A DNA stretch of 64,000 nucleotides from a virus. Taxonomy: Duplodnaviria; Caudoviricetes. The notes under the pieces are model-generated. The model did no database searches, was not told where the DNA came from, and saw only the letters and a program-made list of their open reading frames with translations. The translations under genes were made by a program, and so were the position numbers. The stretch lies in IMG/VR virus record IMGVR_UViG_3300042361_000498; one strand, 5' to 3'. Positions 57,689 through 64,000 of this stretch are shown one piece after another (the stretch's first letter is position 1; each line of letters opens with the position of its first letter).

Positions 57689-60325
57689 ATGGCAAGTAAA
57701 ATACAATTAAGAAGGGATGTAAAAGAAAACTGGGAGTTTGTAAACCCGGTATTATCTCAAGGTGAACCTGGTCTGCAAATAGCAGAAAACCTTATTAAAA
57801 TAGGTGATGGTGTAAACGCATGGGTGGATTTACCATATTACAACTATTTGGATACGGGCTCATTTGCCGTATTGGTTGGTGATAATTATTTCATAGGAGA
57901 TAATACAATTGAAGGAACTTTGTTCATATCTGGCTCAACTAACCAAGTCCTATCAGCGGAAGCAAGTATTCAAGGGTTTACTGAAATAATCGTAACTAAT
58001 AATAGTTCTCTTAATAACGCATCGGCAGATTTAGTAGCAACAAATAATATTGGTAACTATGTGGATTTAGGTATTAATAGTAGTACCTTTAACCAATTCT
58101 TAGGTGGAAATAATGATGCATATTTATACAATACTGGTTCAAATTTCTTTATTGGTAATATTACAAAAGGTGATGCTTCACTTCAATTCTTTAGTGGAAA
58201 CAATGGTACAATAATTCCTTTAGAAGTAAGTGGTTCGGAAGTATTTGTGAATGGTGAATTTTATATTAATGGTGCACCTTACACAACACAAACATCTGGA
58301 ACAGCAGGTACATCAGGCACATCTGGCACAAGCGGTACATCTGGTACTTCTGGTACAAGAGGAACTGCAGGAAGTGGCGGTTCATCTGGAACGTCTGGGA
58401 CAAGCGGCACCTCTGGTACTTCTGGTACAAGCGGAACAAGCGGAACATCTGGTACAAGCGGAACAAGCGGAACATCTGGTACGGATGGAGTATCTGATAG
58501 GTATCAAACAACATCAACATCATCATATACTTTGGGTGGTGGTAATCAAACTATATTTGTTGAAGCTGGGTTAGGATATTCAATAGCACAGGATGTATTA
58601 TTAGCATACAACTCATCAAACCATACAATTGTTAGTGTAATTTCATATAACAAATTAACTGGTGAAATGGTATTGAATGGCGCATCCGAAGTAACTGGTA
58701 CTGGTACATATAGTTTATGGAAAGTAAACTTAGCGGGAGCAGCTGGTGGTGATGGTACTTCTGGTTCATCTGGAACTTCTGGTATAAATGGTACATCGGG
58801 AACTTCTGGTACATCGGCAACATCTGGTACGAGTGGCACTTCCGGTTCTTCTGGGACAAGTGGTACATCTGGAACTTCTGGGACTAGTGGTACGGATGGT
58901 ACGGCTGGTAGTGGTGGTACGGCAGGTACATCAGGAACGTCCGGGACTAGTGGTACAAACGGAACTGCTGGTAGTGGTGGAGCAAATGGTACAAACGGAT
59001 TAGATGGTACATCTGGTAGTGGAGGCACATCAGGGACAAGAGGAACGGCTGGTAGCGGTGGTTCATCTGGTACATCGGGAACTTCTGGAACGTCTGGTAC
59101 GTCTGGTACAAGTGCAACAAATGGTACTGCAGGAAGTGGTGGAACTGCTGGTTCTTCTGGAACATCAGGAACATCGGGAACGTCTGGAACGTCTGGTACA
59201 TCTGGTAGTGATGGAACTTCTGGATATGATGGGGATAAATACAAAACTACATCTGAAACTGAATTTACTTTAGGTACTGGTGGAACTATATTTGTTGAAG
59301 CTGGACTAGCATACACAATAGCACAGGATATTATTATAGCATTTGACCAACCAAATCATCAAATATCACCAATCACATCATATAATATTAGTACTGGTGA
59401 GTTGGTATTCGGAACTCCTTCTGAAACAACTGGTAGTGGTACATATTCAAGTTGGACTGTAAACTTAGCTGGAGCATCTGGAGGTGATGGTACATCGGGA
59501 ACGTCTGGAACGTCTGGTTCATCAGGAATATCTGGGACTAGTGGTACATCTGGAACAAGCGGCACCTCTGGACAAACTGGTATAAATGGATTAGATGGAA
59601 CGTCTGGTAGTGGTGGAACATCTGGTTCTTCTGGAACAAGAGGAACTGCAGGAAGTGGTGGAACTTCTGGAACGTCTGGTTCATCTGGAACGTCTGGTTC
59701 ATCTGGAACAAACGGCACGGCAGGTAGTGGTGGTACGGCTGGTACTTCTGGTACATCAGCAATACTAACTGCATATACTGGTTCTGCTGTGATAAGTGGT
59801 TCATTGACGGTGACTGGTTCTTTTAATATAAACGATGGATTTTATATAAGTGGTAGTAAGCAATTCAACTACGCAATGATGTACCATACGGCATCTCAAA
59901 CGGTAGGTTCAACAACAACGGCATATCCGTTTGAATTATCAACTATGGATGGTAATAGTGGAGCATTTGAGGTGGTTCGTTCTGGTACTAGGACAAGTAG
60001 AGTTTATACAACTGTAACTGGTTGGTATAATATAGCATATACTGTTCAATGTACAAAAAGTGGTACTAGTACTGCTGAATCAACAATTTGGATAGAGAAG
60101 AATGGTATTTTGGAAACTTATAGTAGTAATAGAAGAACATTGACTGCAGGATATAATACAACTGTAAATAAAAATAATATACTATACCTAAATTCTGGTT
60201 CTTATTTTGAAGTAATGTATCAGGCCGAAAGTACAACGGTATCATTCCCAGCCCTTGCCGGTGGAACAACACCAACAACGCCCGCATCACCATCTATAAT
60301 TTTGGTAATAACACAACACGCATAA
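57689..60325 (+). CDS. Collagen-like (Gly-Thr-Ser) fibre with Mtd/hyaluronidase-type N-terminus and C1q/BclA-like C-terminal domain
   Basis: MASKIQLRRD...NPVLSQGEPG; long (SGT)n tracts; C-terminal beta domain with GWYNIAYTVQ. Confidence 0.8.
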   Translation: MASKIQLRRDVKENWEFVNPVLSQGEPGLQIAENLIKIGDGVNAWVDLPYYNYLDTGSFAVLVGDNYFIGDNTIEGTLFISGSTNQVLSAEASIQGFTEIIVTNNSSLNNASADLVATNNIGNYVDLGINSSTFNQFLGGNNDAYLYNTGSNFFIGNITKGDASLQFFSGNNGTIIPLEVSGSEVFVNGEFYINGAPYTTQTSGTAGTSGTSGTSGTSGTSGTRGTAGSGGSSGTSGTSGTSGTSGTSGTSGTSGTSGTSGTSGTDGVSDRYQTTSTSSYTLGGGNQTIFVEAGLGYSIAQDVLLAYNSSNHTIVSVISYNKLTGEMVLNGASEVTGTGTYSLWKVNLAGAAGGDGTSGSSGTSGINGTSGTSGTSATSGTSGTSGSSGTSGTSGTSGTSGTDGTAGSGGTAGTSGTSGTSGTNGTAGSGGANGTNGLDGTSGSGGTSGTRGTAGSGGSSGTSGTSGTSGTSGTSATNGTAGSGGTAGSSGTSGTSGTSGTSGTSGSDGTSGYDGDKYKTTSETEFTLGTGGTIFVEAGLAYTIAQDIIIAFDQPNHQISPITSYNISTGELVFGTPSETTGSGTYSSWTVNLAGASGGDGTSGTSGTSGSSGISGTSGTSGTSGTSGQTGINGLDGTSGSGGTSGSSGTRGTAGSGGTSGTSGSSGTSGSSGTNGTAGSGGTAGTSGTSAILTAYTGSAVISGSLTVTGSFNINDGFYISGSKQFNYAMMYHTASQTVGSTTTAYPFELSTMDGNSGAFEVVRSGTRTSRVYTTVTGWYNIAYTVQCTKSGTSTAESTIWIEKNGILETYSSNRRTLTAGYNTTVNKNNILYLNSGSYFEVMYQAESTTVSFPALAGGTTPTTPASPSIILVITQHA

Positions 60326-60337
60326 TTGCTATAAAGA

Positions 60338-63300
60338 ATGAAATTAGAAATAATACAACCACAATATCAAATTAAAGTATCTTCTGTTGGAGTTGCTGGG
60401 ATTAATGGTACATCCGGTACATCTGGTATTTCTGGAACGTCTGGTGTAGATGGTTTAAGCGGAACTTTCTTTGGTAGTAGTGGAACTTCTGGTGTAAATG
60501 GTACTTTCTTTGGTAGTAGTGGTACTTCTGGTGTAAATGGTATAGGTACTGATGGAACAAGTGGCACATCAGGCACATCGGGTTCAAATGGTATAACTGG
60601 AGCAGGTGGTACGGCTGGTTCATCTGGAACATCAGGTTTAAATGGTACATTCTTTGGAAGTAGTGGAACATCTGGAGTAAGTGGAAGTGGTGGCACAAGT
60701 GGTACATCAGGAACTTCTGGAGTAAGTGGAAGTAGTGGGACTAGTGGTATAAGTGGTAGTGATGGTACAAGCGGCACTTCGGGAACGTCTGGAGTAAGTG
60801 GAGAAAATGGTAGTAGTGGTACATCTGGAACTTCTGGTGTTAGTGGTAGTGAAGGTACATCAGGAACTTCTGGTACAAGCGGCACTTCTGGAACTTCTGG
60901 ATTAAGAGGAGATTCTTTATTCGCACTAACTGGTTCTAAATGGGCAACAACAAATACAATAGAGATTACGGGTTCATTAACAGTATCATCATCGGGTACT
61001 TTCACAAATATCGGACCTGCAAATTTTATAGGAAATCAAACAATAACTGGTTCATTAAGTGTAAGTGGCAGTTTAAGTATTGGTGGTGATGTAAGTGTCC
61101 AAAGTTCTGAAACCATAGGAAATTTTATAGAACAAAGTATATTTGTAAATAAAAAAACTGAGGCGTTTCAATATTCTTCTTACAACGGAGGACCTCAACT
61201 TAGTTTAGATATAGAATATCAAAAGCCATTAACTACGGGAATTGGTATTAATACATTAGCAATTGGATTTGCCGATGAAACGGTACAAACAACGGCATTT
61301 ATTCCAACAACATACGCAACAACCGGTTCAAATGAATTTAATGGTAACCAAAATATAACAGGCTCTCTTATTCAAGGATTGGGGAATACAGCATTAGGAG
61401 AAAACTCACATGCCGAAGGAGATAGTACGCAGGCAATAGGACTTTTTTCACACGCAGAAGGATTAGGAACAATAGCATACGGAGGCCGCTCACACGCCGA
61501 AGGTAGAGATACATTAGCATCAGGTTCATATTCACATGCCGAAGGTTATCAAACAATAGCATTAGGCGATAATCAACACGTACAGGGCCAATATAATTTT
61601 GTATCACCCGTACAATCCGCTTTTATTGTAGGTAATGGAATTGATGGTGATAATAGAAATAATCTTATATACGCAGCAGAAAATGCAGTGGAGATAAGTG
61701 GTTCATTGAATGTAAGTGGTAGTGTTAAACTTTCTAGAACAAATCAAAATGGTGATTCTGTAGACCTTATAATAGGAAACATGAATGAATTTGGACTAGA
61801 TGGATATCAAATAAAAGCAAGTGGTTCTACTGAAAACCCCCTCTTTTTAATATCCAATTTGGCATCTGCAATGGTTGCACAGGGTACAGTCTCAAACCCC
61901 GAAGATACTTCCGTTTTTACAACTCAAGTAGTTGGATATGCAAATATTGATGGACCTGAAGCCAGACTTCAATTAAATAAATCGGGTTCAATTGGTGCAT
62001 TTTGGTTCTATAACTACGATGCTACTTCTAAGTTTCCTGGTGATATTAATATTGGATATGATACTATATTAAGTGTACCATCCACATCTGGTTCATTGAA
62101 TATAAGAAATGGTAATATAAATTTAAGTGGCAGTATAAATGTAAGTTCATCATTAACCGCATCTCTAAGAGAAGGGTATGTTTGGGTTGGTGACAATACT
62201 GGAAAAAACACATTACAAATAGCAACATCTTCATTTGGTGTAGGTGGAGGAGCTGATATAACTTTATTAAATAATTACACTGGTTCTTCTATTGGAATTG
62301 ATGCTGGATTGATGGCATATACGGCATCATTAAAAGCAGTAGTATTGGTTAGTGGTTCATTGATAGCATCATCTTCATATAGTGTAGTATCGGATAATGC
62401 AAGAACAATGTTACTATATTCAAATACGCAAGATTTTGAATCGTATTTATTATTCTCAAACGCAGTTGCGGTAAATTCAGCTACAATCGCTGGTAACAAT
62501 AATATAAGATATAATTCTTCAACAAATGTATTAACTGTAGGAACGGTATCGGCAACTAAATATTTAGGTGGTGTTGTTAGTGGTAGTGCTCAATTAACTG
62601 AATTAAATACATATACAGGTTCTAATGATAGTGTAATAAATAGAGTATTACAAACTACTGCATCTTTAAATACATACACCGGTTCTAACGATAGTGTGAT
62701 AAGTAGAATACTACAAACTACTTCATCGTTAAACACTCTAACAGGTTCAATGATTGGTATTACAAACGGATTGATGGCTTTAACTGCATCAATGAAGGCA
62801 GCAGCAATTGTATCATCATCAACACAAATACAAAATTATTTCTTATTCGCACAAACATCATCGGCAAATACTTTTTATAATAACCAAACAATTAGTGGTT
62901 CGTTATTTGTAAGTTCAACTGCAATAAGTAACGCAACTTTATTAGCAGCTTCTTCAAATTTAACATTGAGTAGTGGTAGTAACTTATACATCTACAATGG
63001 TGGGTTTGCTGATATTAGTGGTTCTTTAAGATTAACTGGTTCATTGAGTGTAGGATTCTCAGCAGGTACTTCGGAATTGCAAGTATTAAGTACTGGTGTT
63101 AATATTGGTAACATTTCAACGGATAGACATTTAATAACCGGTTCACTAATTGTATCGGCATCAACAAATTTAACTGGTTCAGTAACAATAAACGAAAGTA
63201 GAATTGATACGGCTTGGACAGCATATACTCCACAATGGACAGCAGCGTCTGTAAACCCTGCAATTGGTAATGGAACAATAGAAGGTTACTACAAAGTAAT

Positions 63301-63613
63301 TGGTAAGACTTGTTTCGTAAGAGGTAATATTGCTATGGGTAGTACAACAACATTTGGTACTGGGGAGTGGTATGTATCAATGCCATTTACGGCATCACAT
63401 GCAGATGCTATCTTAATGACAGTAACTTTATTAGATAATGGTTCTAATTGGTACAACGCTACAATGGCAGGAGCAAGAGCAGGATTTAATCACAAAGCAC
63501 CTATACAATATCAAAATGTAGCTGGAACTGCTGGTGATGTAAATGCAACTGGACCATTTACTTGGGCAACAAGTGATAGATTTATTTGGAACGGAAGTTA
63601 CGAAATAGCATAA
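60338..63613 (+). CDS. Fibre protein with (SGT)n collagen-like region, YadA/Hep_Hag-like SHAEG repeats and C-terminal fibre-tip domain
   Basis: SGT tracts; four SHAEG repeats; WTAYTP...GNGTIEGYYKVIGKTCFV C-terminus. Confidence 0.8.
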   Translation: MKLEIIQPQYQIKVSSVGVAGINGTSGTSGISGTSGVDGLSGTFFGSSGTSGVNGTFFGSSGTSGVNGIGTDGTSGTSGTSGSNGITGAGGTAGSSGTSGLNGTFFGSSGTSGVSGSGGTSGTSGTSGVSGSSGTSGISGSDGTSGTSGTSGVSGENGSSGTSGTSGVSGSEGTSGTSGTSGTSGTSGLRGDSLFALTGSKWATTNTIEITGSLTVSSSGTFTNIGPANFIGNQTITGSLSVSGSLSIGGDVSVQSSETIGNFIEQSIFVNKKTEAFQYSSYNGGPQLSLDIEYQKPLTTGIGINTLAIGFADETVQTTAFIPTTYATTGSNEFNGNQNITGSLIQGLGNTALGENSHAEGDSTQAIGLFSHAEGLGTIAYGGRSHAEGRDTLASGSYSHAEGYQTIALGDNQHVQGQYNFVSPVQSAFIVGNGIDGDNRNNLIYAAENAVEISGSLNVSGSVKLSRTNQNGDSVDLIIGNMNEFGLDGYQIKASGSTENPLFLISNLASAMVAQGTVSNPEDTSVFTTQVVGYANIDGPEARLQLNKSGSIGAFWFYNYDATSKFPGDINIGYDTILSVPSTSGSLNIRNGNINLSGSINVSSSLTASLREGYVWVGDNTGKNTLQIATSSFGVGGGADITLLNNYTGSSIGIDAGLMAYTASLKAVVLVSGSLIASSSYSVVSDNARTMLLYSNTQDFESYLLFSNAVAVNSATIAGNNNIRYNSSTNVLTVGTVSATKYLGGVVSGSAQLTELNTYTGSNDSVINRVLQTTASLNTYTGSNDSVISRILQTTSSLNTLTGSMIGITNGLMALTASMKAAAIVSSSTQIQNYFLFAQTSSANTFYNNQTISGSLFVSSTAISNATLLAASSNLTLSSGSNLYIYNGGFADISGSLRLTGSLSVGFSAGTSELQVLSTGVNIGNISTDRHLITGSLIVSASTNLTGSVTINESRIDTAWTAYTPQWTAASVNPAIGNGTIEGYYKVIGKTCFVRGNIAMGSTTTFGTGEWYVSMPFTASHADAILMTVTLLDNGSNWYNATMAGARAGFNHKAPIQYQNVAGTAGDVNATGPFTWATSDRFIWNGSYEIA

Positions 63614-63615
63614 TT

Positions 63616-64000
63616 ATGGCAATAATAATTTCAAACGGATTTAGTATAACTCCAAATGTTACTTTGAGTATAATAGCAGATTCGTTATTTATGCATCTTG
63701 ATGCAAGTGATTATACAACTGGAACTTGGAATGATAGAACAGCAAACGGAAATAACGCAACTATAAGTGGGGCAACTTGGAGCTCAACCGATGGGGGTAT
63801 TTTTGATTTGGACGGAACAAATGATACAATTAGTATTCCCCATAAATCATCGTTATCTTTAATAACATCGGGCCAAAGAACTATTCAAGTTTGGGTTAAG
63901 TTTGATGTATTACCAGCATCAACTGCACAAGGACAACCTGTTTTTGGAAAATTATCATCATCATCTGGATTTGATGGATATTGGGGAGGATTATATTCTA
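63616..64000 (+). CDS. 3'-truncated LamG/concanavalin-A-like virion protein
   Basis: Manual translation from ATG 63616: MAIIISNG...MHLDASDYTTGTWNDRTANGNNATISGATW...FDLDGTNDTISIP...TIQVWVKFD; open to the window end. Confidence 0.8.
   Translation, partial: MAIIISNGFSITPNVTLSIIADSLFMHLDASDYTTGTWNDRTANGNNATISGATWSSTDGGIFDLDGTNDTISIPHKSSLSLITSGQRTIQVWVKFDVLPASTAQGQPVFGKLSSSSGFDGYWGGLYS

Noticed and set aside
57689-57800. Diversity-generating retroelement suggested by the Mtd-like N-terminus
   Set aside because: This N-terminal domain is a generic fibre anchor; no reverse transcriptase or TR/VR pair differing at adenines was seen in the window.
58266-61005. Long minus-strand and off-frame ORFs (VPDVP/MYQ-rich) over the SGT repeats
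   Set aside because: Shadow frames of the (Gly-Thr-Ser)n codons, which lack stops on the opposite strand; no start context.
1-64000. Stop-codon reassignment, inteins or introns in core genes, tRNA genes
   Set aside because: Long intact ORFs in the standard code end in TAA, TAG and TGA; terminase, portal, primase and capsid are uninterrupted; intergenic gaps are short and I could not fold a cloverleaf in any (not confirmed with tRNAscan).

Overview
AT-rich 64-kb segment of a large T4-like (myovirus-type, probably jumbo-size) dsDNA phage. Almost every gene is on the + strand and reads in the standard code. Order: truncated coiled-coil gene; three peptidoglycan hydrolases (M15, CHAP, GH19); baseplate module (gp25-like, gp6/J-like, large structural proteins); a small replication/recombination island (GIY-YIG nuclease, primase, fused Mre11-Rad50); one minus-strand ribbon-helix-helix gene missed by the ORF track; a 2056-aa fibre with an S74 chaperone; a glycosylation cassette (HPAT/SERGT-like GT, GT4-methyltransferase-GT25 fusion, TibC/AAH-type heptosyltransferase); a head module (terminase, portal, protease, scaffold, major capsid) interleaved with many probable head-packaged proteins and a DNA-methyltransferase moron; then Gly-Thr-Ser collagen-like fibre genes. 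Three TT(T/A)G- or CTTG-N20-TATATTTG promoters and the absence of Shine-Dalgarno sites point to a Bacteroidota host. A second motif, ATA(T/C)TTAT(A/T), sits about 18-29 nt upstream of many late genes. Best leads: (i) the three hydrolases seem to carry consecutive pieces of one split scaffold protein; (ii) head-packaged polyproteins built from cassettes joined by ESVNE-type protease linkers that are also 15-bp DNA repeats; (iii) a likely virion O-glycosylation system acting on Ser/Thr collagen-like fibres. All family assignments come from motif recognition by eye; no database searches were run.
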